Assembly (NCBI GenBank): GCA_964367145.1
Contig: CAYIWJ010000001.1
Location: 1-54,967 of the forward strand
DNA length: 54,967 nucleotides
DNA from: an uncultured Candidatus Saccharibacteria bacterium
GTDB lineage: Bacteria; Patescibacteriota; Minisyncoccia; UBA6257; 1-14-0-10-40-38
Direction of reading: 5' to 3'
The translations under genes and the position numbers were made by a program. Shown here in pieces: positions 26,519 through 35,664 of this stretch. The notes under the pieces were generated by a model, which saw only the letters and a program-made list of their open reading frames with translations, had not been told where the DNA came from and made no database searches. Every line of letters starts with the position of its first letter. Within the stretch, counting starts at the first letter, position 1.

Positions 26519-27247
26519 TTACAGCAACTCGTAAAGCGCCTTAAAGAATTTCTTTTGGAGCTGGGCAAACATTGCGTTCTCGATAATAAATCCGTTATTA
26601 GCTTCAAAGTCAGTAACCGCTACCTTGTCCCCATAAATTACCTGGGTGATTTTATCATTGATAAAATCATATTTAGTGGGAATGATTTTAACCGCCAGTG
26701 TTAGATCGGATTTTTTCTGAAAATCGGCAAGTTCGTCAGTGATTACAAATCTTTCTATCTGTTTTGTTAATCTCCCCCTGTGAAAACTTTTTGGCAAATA
26801 TTTGTTAGTAATGATCGAAGCGCGCTTCGTGGTATATACATAATAAGCATCACCGCGTTTCAGGGTGGCTAAAAGATCTGAAGCGACAAAAGCCAGACCG
26901 CGACGACCTTCCAAAAATTTGATCAAGGGTTTATTTTTCTTGGCTGCATATGTTTCCTGTAAGTCGCCAAGTAGTTTCTCAAAGTTTTTATTATAATAAT
27001 CAAACAGCGAGCGGAGTTTTTCTGGGTTTTCAGCCACATATCGGTTCTGTTTTCCACCTGAAGCGACAACTGAAACCAATCCTCGAGCCTGCAGTATCGG
27101 CAAAGCGCGGTAAACGGTGGGGCGATGCATTCCGGTGTGGTGAGCGATATGCGAAATCAATAAAGGCCCGCGTCCCAAAAGGGTTAAATAGATGCGAGAT
27201 TCATCGCGACTAAAGCCAAGATTTTGAATAACTTCTCGTGCTTTCAT
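26519..27247 (-). CDS. TrmB-family transcriptional regulator
   Basis: N-terminal winged HTH LGFSRDESRIYLTLLGRGPLLISHIAHHTGMHRPTVYRALPILQARGLV plus a ~150-aa C-terminal domain. Transcribed divergently from the cassette at 27469. Confidence 0.85.
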   Translation of the reverse strand: MKAREVIQNLGFSRDESRIYLTLLGRGPLLISHIAHHTGMHRPTVYRALPILQARGLVSVVASGGKQNRYVAENPEKLRSLFDYYNKNFEKLLGDLQETYAAKKNKPLIKFLEGRRGLAFVASDLLATLKRGDAYYVYTTKRASIITNKYLPKSFHRGRLTKQIERFVITDELADFQKKSDLTLAVKIIPTKYDFINDKITQVIYGDKVAVTDFEANNGFIIENAMFAQLQKKFFKALYELL

Positions 27248-27276
27248 GTATATATGTAATTATTTAATACACTATT

Positions 27277-27294
27277 TATAGCCAATATATAGCC
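27277..27294. promoter_or_regulatory. direct repeat TATAGCC-N4-TATAGCC (11-bp phasing) upstream of the TrmB-type gene
   Basis: TATAGCC at 27277-27283 and 27288-27294, 30-47 nt upstream of the regulator start (27247, minus strand). Confidence 0.4.
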
Positions 27295-27352
27295 GTAAAA
27301 TAAGGACTTCCTGCTTATCAGCCAACACCAGTTACAAAGAAGTGTAGTCCTA

Positions 27353-27370
27353 ATTGACATAAATGTCAAT
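27353..27370. promoter_or_regulatory. 18-bp perfect palindrome ATTGACAT-AA-ATGTCAAT (candidate operator)
   Basis: The 8-bp arms are exact reverse complements. It contains a TTGACA hexamer and lies in the 221-bp divergent intergenic region. Confidence 0.6.
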
Positions 27371-27468
27371 CCTAGATTAACCTAAAGTCGTGTACTGGAT
27401 GTTCCAGCGCACTTTCAGAACTTTGACAACTGAATTCCGGCAGTCGGAATTTAGAGGAGGTAGCTAGC

Positions 27469-28284
27469 ATGAAGATGCTGATCTGTGTGATCGTCGCGCT
27501 CGCGACGGTCGGCGTTTCCGCTTCTGCCCAGCAGGGCAAGAAAAAGCCGGCTCCCAAGAAAGACGTGGGGATCGAAGTTCCTCAGTCGAAGCCCGCCGAG
27601 GCGCTCGCTCCGATGGTGGACGATCAAGACCTGCGTCAGAAGACGGAGCAGTTCGAGAAGCTCATGGAGCCGTTCGAAAAGAACGGCACGGACATTCAGA
27701 AGGAACTCAACACCTTCCTCGATGAACGCAACAAGGCCGGAAGCATTGAGAACCTCACGCCCATGAGGATTTCCGAGCTCCAGATCCAACTGGGTCGGAT
27801 CGCCAAGAAGGCGCGTGAACAGATGACCTCCTTCGTCGAGAAGAAGAGGGAATTTGGTGATCTTCTCGTTGGATACGAGCGCAATAGCCAAGTTAGCGAG
27901 GTGAACGCGACTCGTGATCTCGAAGATGCCAAAAAGCTTCGCGCGCGCATCGAGGGCGATACCCTGATCAAGGACGACCCTGCTCAGCAGGCACTGCTTG
28001 CGGCGGTTGATGCGAACCTGTTCTCCCACAACGCGAGAATTCAATCCATTCGGACTTGGAATTCGGTGCGGGGATCGGTGAAAGAGCGCTCGGAAAAGCT
28101 TTTCGCGGTCGCGGGATACTGCGTGGAGATTCTCTCCGATTGCGAGAAGATTCTTCTTGAACCTTCAAACGTCGGTACCGCGCTCGCGCGACTCGAGGCT
28201 CACGTGTCCAATCTTCAGGCGTTCACCTTCAAGCTCGCCGAAGAGACGAAACGGATCGCCGGTTCGCTCGTGCCCAAGACTTGA
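27469..28284 (+). CDS. secreted alpha-helical protein P1, unknown function
   Basis: SD GAGGAGG (27454-27460), 8 nt upstream of the ATG. Signal peptide MKMLICVIVALATVGVSASA/QQ. 271 aa, K/E/L-rich. G/C-ending codon preference. Confidence 0.8.
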   Translation: MKMLICVIVALATVGVSASAQQGKKKPAPKKDVGIEVPQSKPAEALAPMVDDQDLRQKTEQFEKLMEPFEKNGTDIQKELNTFLDERNKAGSIENLTPMRISELQIQLGRIAKKAREQMTSFVEKKREFGDLLVGYERNSQVSEVNATRDLEDAKKLRARIEGDTLIKDDPAQQALLAAVDANLFSHNARIQSIRTWNSVRGSVKERSEKLFAVAGYCVEILSDCEKILLEPSNVGTALARLEAHVSNLQAFTFKLAEETKRIAGSLVPKT

Positions 28285-28313
28285 ATCACGCTTGCGCGTC
28301 GAGCAAGGCTCTC

Positions 28314-28343
28314 AACCCCAGCTCGTTGGAGCTGGGGTTTTCT
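28314..28343 (+). terminator. rho-independent terminator after P1
   Basis: ACCCCAGCTC (28315-28324) pairs with GAGCTGGGGT (28329-28338) around a GTTG loop, followed by TTTT. Confidence 0.75.
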
Positions 28344-28368
28344 ATAACCTCACCAAGGGAGAAGATGT

Positions 28369-28845
28369 ATGTTGTCTAAACGACTTGGTTGGCGCCAGAT
28401 TACTCTGGTTGGAATCTATCTTCTTGTTTCGGCGCTCGTTTCATGTGTTGATCCTGATAGAGTACCTCGTTTTAGGGAAAATTGGTCTGGGAAATGGGCT
28501 GGGGAGATAAGGGAAGTTGCTGACAGAACCACTCAAGAGTTTACTCTTGTCTTGGCGCTAGAAAAAGATCAGGTAAGTGGCTCCATGAGAGATGCAGATG
28601 GTTCGTTGGCCAACATTGCTGGATATATCAAGTTCATCGACAAGGAAAAAGTACCGTGGAAAAAGAAGTATGAGCTTGAGTTTATAAAAGATTACGGCAA
28701 TGGCATCAAGGTCAAATGGATCTCTAGCGGGATTGGTAGGGATGATTGTTGTATCGAGATTAATGGAACTTGGTGCAGAGAAGATGGTGAGGGAAGTGAG
28801 AAAACTATTGCGATGGGCACCTGGCGAATGTGGCCAGTAAAATAG
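28369..28845 (+). CDS. putative lipoprotein P2 with WSGKW/DxDGS/GxWRMW domain
   Basis: SD AAGGGAGA (28355-28362), 6 nt spacing. Lipobox LVS/C. 158 aa. Paralogue of P3 and of the P4 C-terminal half. Confidence 0.8.
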   Translation: MLSKRLGWRQITLVGIYLLVSALVSCVDPDRVPRFRENWSGKWAGEIREVADRTTQEFTLVLALEKDQVSGSMRDADGSLANIAGYIKFIDKEKVPWKKKYELEFIKDYGNGIKVKWISSGIGRDDCCIEINGTWCREDGEGSEKTIAMGTWRMWPVK

Positions 28846-28912
28846 CCACGATTCATTTTAGCCGATCATTTTTATCGCTCAATTTCCCTAGTCTTACCAA
28901 AGGGGGCGAAGA

Positions 28913-29485
28913 ATGAGACTCAATCAACCCAGTGTTTTCAAGATATTCTTTGGTATTCTTATTTTCTCGACGATGACCGCTTGTGACGGTACGGAAGATA
29001 AACACGAACTGGCTGAAGTCGCTGACAACAATAACGACAAGCCCGCTTCTTCTCCGGCAACCACCTTGAGTTCTAACACTGAAAGCGGTTGGTCTGGGAA
29101 ATGGGGCGGGGTGATGGAGGATGAAGTTAACCCCGATGGCATAATGAAGATTCAGGAATTTATTCTCCACTTGGACATAAAGGGCAGTAACGTAACTGGT
29201 TTCATGGAAGATCAGGACGGCTCACGGGCCGATGTATCCGGAAAGATTATATTTGTCGGTAAAGATCCTTTCGAACTAAGATTTGTAAAAGATTACCGCA
29301 ACGGCACAACCTTGTCTTGGTTTGCCGAAATCAGCAATTCAAATTTTAGTTCGTCGGGTCATGGTTACATCTTCGGCCATTGGCGTCGCGAAGAAGACAA
29401 AGAAAATGACATCAGTGCGGGAACTGGTGGTTGGTCAATGCGGTCTATCGATGATACTACCTTCCGGAATCACCAAAGGAGGTGA
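28913..29485 (+). CDS. putative lipoprotein P3 with WSGKW/DxDGS domain
   Basis: SD AAGGGGG (28900-28906), 6 nt spacing. Lipobox-like MTA/C. An S/T/N/P linker is followed by the paralogous domain. 190 aa. Confidence 0.8.
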   Translation: MRLNQPSVFKIFFGILIFSTMTACDGTEDKHELAEVADNNNDKPASSPATTLSSNTESGWSGKWGGVMEDEVNPDGIMKIQEFILHLDIKGSNVTGFMEDQDGSRADVSGKIIFVGKDPFELRFVKDYRNGTTLSWFAEISNSNFSSSGHGYIFGHWRREEDKENDISAGTGGWSMRSIDDTTFRNHQRR

Positions 29486-29488
29486 AAG

Positions 29489-30340
29489 ATGATGTTCTAC
29501 AGAATCAACTTCTCTCGGAACGTTTCGTTTGTGCTCTTCGTCTTCTTCGCCGCCGCAAATGTGTCAGCGCAGGAGGCGTCCATCAAGGACAAGCTTTCAG
29601 CCGCGAAGGAGGCAACGGTTCGCAAGTGCATCGAGCTTCGGGAGATGGCTAAAGAGGCCTATAACAAGGTCTTGAATGCCGCCGAAACCAAGTATCAAGA
29701 AATTGACCGATGGGTCAACGAGCGCGGCGGTTGGGAAAAGCTTTCGGGCCAGACCCTCCAGGATGTTAGGAAACAACTTGGCGTCGTCGCGAAAGAATCA
29801 ATCGAAAAGACGCGCGAAGTGACCGATGGTATTTTGGCAAAGGCGCAGAAGGATGCTCTCGAACTTGGCCCAGCCGCGCTCCTCGCAGTTGGAACCCCGC
29901 CCCAGAGCGAAAACCTGGATTTTAGACTCAATGATTCTGGCTGGTCCGGAAAGTGGGTTGGTTATTGGGACGATGCCACTACCTCCACCATGCAATGGTT
30001 CCACCTCATAATCAACGTCAACAAAGATTGCTCGGTCAGCGGGGTTATGAAGGATGCCGATGGCTCATTGGCAAATGTTTCGGGAAGCATCAAGTGGGTT
30101 GAGTGCACGCTAAAGGACCAATTTGGATTTCCCACTGGAGACGGCAAGTTTTGGGAAATCCAACTCCTGAAGAAATACCCCGAGAGCGGAGTCGAGGTAC
30201 GTTGGTCAGCTCAGCTGTCTCAAGACCGCAAGAGTTACCGCTTCCCAGAGATCATCAAGGGAACGTGGTGTCGAGTTGAAAAAGTGGATGCCGGCATCGT
30301 TCCAGACATGGGAGTCTGGCGAATGTGGCCCGTAAAGTAA
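29489..30340 (+). CDS. secreted protein P4: helical N-terminal module plus WSGKW/DxDGS/GxWRMW domain
   Basis: SD AAGGAGG (29476-29482), 6 nt spacing, overlapping the end of P3. Signal peptide ...FFAAANVSA/QE. 283 aa. The C-terminus GVWRMWPVK matches the P2 ending GTWRMWPVK at 8 of 9 residues. Confidence 0.82.
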   Translation: MMFYRINFSRNVSFVLFVFFAAANVSAQEASIKDKLSAAKEATVRKCIELREMAKEAYNKVLNAAETKYQEIDRWVNERGGWEKLSGQTLQDVRKQLGVVAKESIEKTREVTDGILAKAQKDALELGPAALLAVGTPPQSENLDFRLNDSGWSGKWVGYWDDATTSTMQWFHLIINVNKDCSVSGVMKDADGSLANVSGSIKWVECTLKDQFGFPTGDGKFWEIQLLKKYPESGVEVRWSAQLSQDRKSYRFPEIIKGTWCRVEKVDAGIVPDMGVWRMWPVK

Positions 30341-30354
30341 GTAGACAAGCAATC

Positions 30355-30387
30355 TGCCCCGCTATTTAGATAGCAGGGCATTTTTTT
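30355..30387 (+). terminator. rho-independent terminator closing the P2-P4 operon
   Basis: TGCCC.GCTAT / ATAGC.GGGCA stem (30355-30380) with a TTAG loop, followed by 7 T. uvrA ends convergently at 30397. Confidence 0.8.
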
Positions 30388-30396
30388 ATTCAAGAA

Positions 30397-32922
30397 TCAG
30401 ACCACCTTTCGCAGATATTCGCCCGTATAACTTCCTTTTTTGCGGGCAATCTCTTCTGGTGTGCCGGTCGCCACTATCGTTCCACCCTTGTTGCCCCCCT
30501 CGGGGCCTAGGTCAATCACCCAGTCGGCGGTTTTGATCACGTCCAAGTTGTGCTCAATCACCACAATCGTATTGCCGCGATCCACTAAACGCTGAAGTAC
30601 AATCAACAGATTTTCAATATCAGCAAAATGAAGCCCCGTTGTTGGCTCATCTAAAAGATAAAGCGTCTTGCGGGTATCGCGTTTGCCTAGCTCCGCCGAA
30701 AGTTTAATTCTTTGTGCCTCGCCCCCCGAAAGCGTCGTTGCCGATTGCCCCAACTCCAAATAACCCAATCCAACCTCGTTGAGAATTTTAAGCCGATCCT
30801 CCAGCCAGGGAATGTCGGCAAAGAAAGGCAGTGCTTCTTCCACCGTCATCCGCAAAACGTCATAGATATTTTTTCCCTTATATTCCACCGCTAAAGTTTC
30901 CCGATCAAATCTCTTGCCCTTGCATACGTCGCAAACCACATAGACCGTCGGCAAAAAGTGCATTTCAATCGCAATCGTGCCGTGTCCCTCGCAATGCTCA
31001 CATCGCCCGCCCGGCACGTTAAAACTAAACCGTCCTAGCTTATACCCTCGCACTCGCGCGTCTTCGGTGGAGCTGAATAGTTCGCGGATAAAAGTCCAGG
31101 CGCCGACATAAGTCGCCGGATTGGATCGTGGCGTCCTCCCGATGGGCGACTGATCAATGTTGATCACGCGGTTAATATATTCCAAGCCCGAAATTGACTT
31201 CACCGTGCCCGCCTTGTAATCCGAAAAATTAAATTTATTGGAGGCGGTTTTATAAAGCACGTCATAGACGAGCGTACTCTTGCCCGAACCGGAAACCCCG
31301 GTTACAGCCGTCAATCGCCGCAGGGGAATATCCACGTTTATTCCCCTTAGATTGTTTTCGGTCGCCCCGCGGATTTTTATATGCTCATGGTCTTTCTTAA
31401 TCTGTCGTCTCTTCTCCGGCACCGCGACTTTTTTGGTGCCGTTCAAAAAATCTATTGTCAGCGAACGGGGCATATTTTTCCCCGTGGTTTTATTGAGAAT
31501 CTGCGGAATCGGACCGGCCGCCACAATCTGGCCACCATGAATTCCGGCGCCAGGGCCAACGTCAACCAGATAATCGGAAGCGCGGATGGTTTCTTCGTCG
31601 TGTTCCACCACCAGCACCGTGTTTCCAAGATCGCGAAGTTCGTGCAGGGTTTTAATCAGTTTGGCGTTGTCCCGCTGATGCAAACCAATCGTCGGCTCAT
31701 CTAAAATATAAAGTGTCCCAACCAGCCGTGAACCAATCTGCGAAGCCAGCCTGATTCGCTGTGATTCACCGCCCGAGAGCGTCCCCGAGGCGCGTCCGAG
31801 TGTAAGATATTCAAAACCGACATTCATCAAAAACGCCAATCGGTTTTTGATTTCCTTGAGCGGCGCCTCGAGTACTCCGCCCAAGTTTTTATTTTCCAAA
31901 GTTAGTCCGCTAAAGAACTTCACCGCTTCTTCAATGGAAAAAGCGGTTATCGCCGCGATGCTTTTGTTTTTTATCAGAATATTTAGACTCTCGCGCTTCA
32001 AGCGGTTGCCGTTGCACGCCGGACAAACTTTTTCCGACCAAGCCTCTTCGGTGCCCAAACCATGACACTGTGCGCAAGCTCCAAAAGGACTGTTAAAAGA
32101 AAAAAGCCGCGGCTCAATTTCGGGAAAAGAAAATCCGTCTCGCGGGCAAGTGAACTTGGCCGACAAAGAAACCTCTCGGCCGTCATGAACGATTGTTACT
32201 ACATCGTTGCCGTACTTGAGCGCGCTCTCCACTGCTTCTGCCAAGCGAAGTCTATTTTCTGCCGTCTTAAAATCCAAAAGCGAGGGAATTCGATCCACCA
32301 CCAGATCAATCGTGTGCGTCTTATAGCGCGATAGCTCTATCCGGTTTCTCAAGGAGCTCATCACGCCATCAATTCTCGCCTCGCCAAATCCGGCGTTCAA
32401 AAAATCATAAAGCATCTGATAATATTCTCCCTTGCGTCCGCGCACCACTGGCGCGAATATCAGCAAGTTTTTGTCCGATCCACGATTCTCAATCAACTGC
32501 AGAACTGTATCCACGATTTCTTCTTTGGTTAGTTTGCGAATTTCCTGTCCACACTCCGGACAAAATGGAGTTCCGAGTCGAGCGAATAAAACCCGCAGAT
32601 AATCATAGATTTCGGTGATGGTCGCGACGGTGGAGCGGGGATTGCCCGATCGACTTTTCTGGTCAATGGAAATAGCCGGAGAAAGACCTTCAATTTCGTC
32701 CACATCCGGCTTGTCCAGTTTATCCAAAAATTGGCGGGCGTAAGCCGAGAGCGATTCCATGTATCGGCGCTGGCCCTCGGCAAAAATGGTATCAAACGCC
32801 AAGGATGATTTTCCGGAACCGGACAGTCCGGTAAAAACCACCATCTTGTCGCGCGGAATTTCTAAACTGATATTTTTCAGATTGTGTTCGCGCGCGCCTT
32901 TGATTTTAATTTTATCGTGCAT
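30397..32922 (-). CDS. uvrA: excinuclease ABC subunit A (841 aa, apparently without the insertion domain)
   Basis: Two ABC modules (Walker [10 protein letters not shown] and GVSGSGKST; LSGGE signature twice). Zinc modules present. Only 9 residues separate [10 protein letters not shown] from CPACNGNRL. Confidence 0.95.
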   Translation of the reverse strand: MHDKIKIKGAREHNLKNISLEIPRDKMVVFTGLSGSGKSSLAFDTIFAEGQRRYMESLSAYARQFLDKLDKPDVDEIEGLSPAISIDQKSRSGNPRSTVATITEIYDYLRVLFARLGTPFCPECGQEIRKLTKEEIVDTVLQLIENRGSDKNLLIFAPVVRGRKGEYYQMLYDFLNAGFGEARIDGVMSSLRNRIELSRYKTHTIDLVVDRIPSLLDFKTAENRLRLAEAVESALKYGNDVVTIVHDGREVSLSAKFTCPRDGFSFPEIEPRLFSFNSPFGACAQCHGLGTEEAWSEKVCPACNGNRLKRESLNILIKNKSIAAITAFSIEEAVKFFSGLTLENKNLGGVLEAPLKEIKNRLAFLMNVGFEYLTLGRASGTLSGGESQRIRLASQIGSRLVGTLYILDEPTIGLHQRDNAKLIKTLHELRDLGNTVLVVEHDEETIRASDYLVDVGPGAGIHGGQIVAAGPIPQILNKTTGKNMPRSLTIDFLNGTKKVAVPEKRRQIKKDHEHIKIRGATENNLRGINVDIPLRRLTAVTGVSGSGKSTLVYDVLYKTASNKFNFSDYKAGTVKSISGLEYINRVINIDQSPIGRTPRSNPATYVGAWTFIRELFSSTEDARVRGYKLGRFSFNVPGGRCEHCEGHGTIAIEMHFLPTVYVVCDVCKGKRFDRETLAVEYKGKNIYDVLRMTVEEALPFFADIPWLEDRLKILNEVGLGYLELGQSATTLSGGEAQRIKLSAELGKRDTRKTLYLLDEPTTGLHFADIENLLIVLQRLVDRGNTIVVIEHNLDVIKTADWVIDLGPEGGNKGGTIVATGTPEEIARKKGSYTGEYLRKVV

Positions 32923-32933
32923 ATTTTGGTAAA

Positions 32934-34919
32934 TTACTTTTTAGATTTTTTCTCCAGTGCCTTAATCTCGTCTCTTAATAAGGCGGCCAGTTCAAAATCA
33001 AGTTCATCGGCGGCCTTACGCATTTCTCTCTGCTTTTCGCGCAAGAGAGCCTGCAAGCCGGAGCGTGATTTTGGAACCGGCGCCAACTCCAGATTTAAAA
33101 TCTTCTCCGCGGGCAAAATATCTCTAATTTCCTTAATAATAGTCGTTGGAGTAATGCCGTGTTCGGCATTATACGCCAACTGCAATTTACGTCGCCGATT
33201 GGTCTCTTTAACCGCGCGTTCAATTGATCCGGTCATCTGATCGGCGTAAAGCAAGACCTCACCGCGCACGTTGCGCGCCGCTCGTCCGATGGTTTGAATC
33301 AAAGAAGTCTCGCTCCGCAAAAAACCCTCTTTATCCGCATCCAAAATTGCCACCAGCGATACTTCCGGCAAGTCCAAGCCTTCTCGCAAAAGGTTCACGC
33401 CGATTAAAACATCAAACATACCCCTGCGCAGATTGGTCAAGATTCGAATTCTGTCCAGGGTTTTGACATCGCTATGAAGATAATTAACCTTCATGCCAAG
33501 TCCCTCCAAGTGCGCGCTCAAATCCTCCGCCATTCGCTTGGTAAGCGTCGTTACCAAAACTCGCTCTTTTTTATCCACCCTCTCTTTGAGTCGTGGCACC
33601 AAGTCATGCACTTGTCCGGTAGCCGGCAGGATGGTAATTATCGGATCCACCAATCCGGTCGGCCGAATAATTTGCTCCACGATGGCGGAGCTGATATTTT
33701 TTTCGTAATTAGCCGGAGTAGCCGAGACATAAATCACCTGGCCGATTCTGGCGTTAAACTCCTCGGCGGTTAGAGGGCGATTATCAGCGGCCGATGGCAG
33801 ACGAAACCCGTATTCAATCAAAGTCTTTTTGCGGGCGGCGTCTCCGGCGTACATACCGCCGATTTGCGGAACCGTCACGTGTGATTCGTCAATCACCGTC
33901 AAAAAGTCTTCAGGAAAATAATCCAAAAGAGTTTCCGGCGGCGCGCCGGCTTCACGGCCGGAAAGATGACGAGAATAATTTTCAATCCCGTGGCAGTAGC
34001 CGATTTCTTCCATCATCGCCAAGTCAAACTTAGTGCGCCGCTCCAGACGTTCCGCCTCTAATAGTTTTCCGTTCTTCTCAAAATACGCGAGCTGACCTTG
34101 AAGCTCGCGTCGAATATCGGCCACGGCGCGGGTTCGAGCCGCTTTGGTGGTGATAAAATGCTTGGCCGGCGCAATTAAAACATGGGGGACTGTCGGAGTC
34201 TGCTCCGGAACAAAACCCTGCACCGGATCAACTTCATAAAGCGCCACGATTTTTTTTGATTCGGAATTTCCATCAATCGCCCCCAACTCAAAGCGATAAA
34301 TAATTTCCCGATCCGGCGGCATGATTTCCCAATTGTCGCCTCGCACTCTAAAAGTCCCGCGGCGCAAATCGGCGTTCGTGCGGGTAAAGTGGAGCGCCAC
34401 CAACTTACGCATCAACTCACTTCGCCGAATAATCGTTCCGGCCTTAAAATCAAAAATGTTTTCGCGGTATTCTTCCGGAGCTCCCAAACCATAAATACAA
34501 GAAACCGAAGCCACTACAATCACGTCCCGCCGCGTCAGCAAGGCGGCGGTTGCCGCGTGGCGCAACTTGTCGATTTCTTCATTAATTAAGGCCTCCTTAT
34601 CTATATAGGTATCGCTGGACGGCATATAAGCCTCTGGCTGGTAGTAATCATAATAAGAAACAAAATAATGCACCGCGTTTTGCGGAAATAATTCGCGAAA
34701 CTCGTTGCACAGTTGCGCGGCAAGCGTTTTGTTGTGCGCGATGACCAAAGTTGGACGATTGAGGTTGGCTATCACGTTGGCGACGGTGAAAGTTTTGCCC
34801 GAGCCGGTTACGCCGAGCAAAGTTTGTCGCTCCATTTTTTCTTCAACGCCACGAGTTAAAGCCGCGATGGCTTGCGGCTGGTCTCCGGCTGGAATATTTT
34901 GCGAAACCAATTTGAACAT
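32934..34919 (-). CDS. uvrB: excinuclease ABC subunit B
   Basis: GDQPQAI, Walker A GVTGSGKT, DESH box, helicase C motifs, C-terminal UVR domain (ELDFELAALLRDEI). Start placed at MFKLVSQ (34919). Confidence 0.96.
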   Translation of the reverse strand: MFKLVSQNIPAGDQPQAIAALTRGVEEKMERQTLLGVTGSGKTFTVANVIANLNRPTLVIAHNKTLAAQLCNEFRELFPQNAVHYFVSYYDYYQPEAYMPSSDTYIDKEALINEEIDKLRHAATAALLTRRDVIVVASVSCIYGLGAPEEYRENIFDFKAGTIIRRSELMRKLVALHFTRTNADLRRGTFRVRGDNWEIMPPDREIIYRFELGAIDGNSESKKIVALYEVDPVQGFVPEQTPTVPHVLIAPAKHFITTKAARTRAVADIRRELQGQLAYFEKNGKLLEAERLERRTKFDLAMMEEIGYCHGIENYSRHLSGREAGAPPETLLDYFPEDFLTVIDESHVTVPQIGGMYAGDAARKKTLIEYGFRLPSAADNRPLTAEEFNARIGQVIYVSATPANYEKNISSAIVEQIIRPTGLVDPIITILPATGQVHDLVPRLKERVDKKERVLVTTLTKRMAEDLSAHLEGLGMKVNYLHSDVKTLDRIRILTNLRRGMFDVLIGVNLLREGLDLPEVSLVAILDADKEGFLRSETSLIQTIGRAARNVRGEVLLYADQMTGSIERAVKETNRRRKLQLAYNAEHGITPTTIIKEIRDILPAEKILNLELAPVPKSRSGLQALLREKQREMRKAADELDFELAALLRDEIKALEKKSKK

Positions 34920-35087
34920 AATAAGGAAATAGCTCCCCGCTCGGCGATAGAGGGGAGTATAGGGCGGATTATAACTCACTCAAATCCCAAAAGCCAGCGA
35001 AAAAAAAGTTTTCCACCGTTGACACAAACCGCCTCTGGAGCGATGCTAGAAAACGTGCGTCAGCTCTTTTAAAAGGGAGGTGACTTG

Positions 35088-35633
35088 ATGACTGTTATTG
35101 ACACGCTCAAATCAGCGATCAACGCCGAACGTCAGAAAAGGGACAAGATTCGTGAGATGCTCTCCGGAGTAAGAACTCTGGAAGACGCGGAGCTGTGTAC
35201 CGGTTTCGTCGTTCTCCACAATCATGTGACGCGCGCCGTGCGCAACGAGATGCTCAAGTTTTTCATCAGCGATACTTTGCGCGATGATCCCAAACGTTGG
35301 CAAGGATCGCTGGGATTCTATATGGAGCGTCTTTGGCACGATGGCCACGTTAAACTGGCCAAGCGTTGCGCCAAAGCCTTGATTGAAGAAGATGCGCGTT
35401 ACGAACGCTCCGACGGCACTAAGAAGGTGGTTTCTCTGTTTGCGATTTTTGGGCGTTGGAATGATCGGCCGGAAGACTTTGGTGTTGTAAAGCGTGTTCT
35501 CCTTAAGGCGCCTTGGATCAAGGCTCCGGTTTATCGAACCGCCGCCGCCTTAGTCTTAAAAGCGCCCTTCAAGTCCAAAAAAGAATATGTCGCCTGGTGT
35601 CTTAAAAAACGGCATCAAGCCAACGGCTCCTAA
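35088..35633 (+). CDS. orphan hypothetical protein (181 aa)
   Basis: SD GGGAGG (35075-35080), 7 nt upstream of ATG 35088. Followed by its own terminator. No recognisable motif. Confidence 0.7.
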   Translation: MTVIDTLKSAINAERQKRDKIREMLSGVRTLEDAELCTGFVVLHNHVTRAVRNEMLKFFISDTLRDDPKRWQGSLGFYMERLWHDGHVKLAKRCAKALIEEDARYERSDGTKKVVSLFAIFGRWNDRPEDFGVVKRVLLKAPWIKAPVYRTAAALVLKAPFKSKKEYVAWCLKKRHQANGS

Positions 35634-35634
35634 A

Positions 35635-35664
35635 ACCCTCCGCCAACTCGCGGAGGTTTTTTTA
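35635..35664 (+). terminator. rho-independent terminator after the 181-aa orphan
   Basis: CCTCCGC (35637-35643) pairs with GCGGAGG (35650-35656), followed by 7 T. bcp ends convergently here. Confidence 0.75.

Noticed and set aside
27451-28044. 197-aa minus-strand ORF overlapping gene P1
   Set aside because: It is antisense to a GC-rich gene. It has no SD or signal and an Arg/Leu-rich artefactual composition. The plus-strand gene has an SD, a signal peptide and a terminator.
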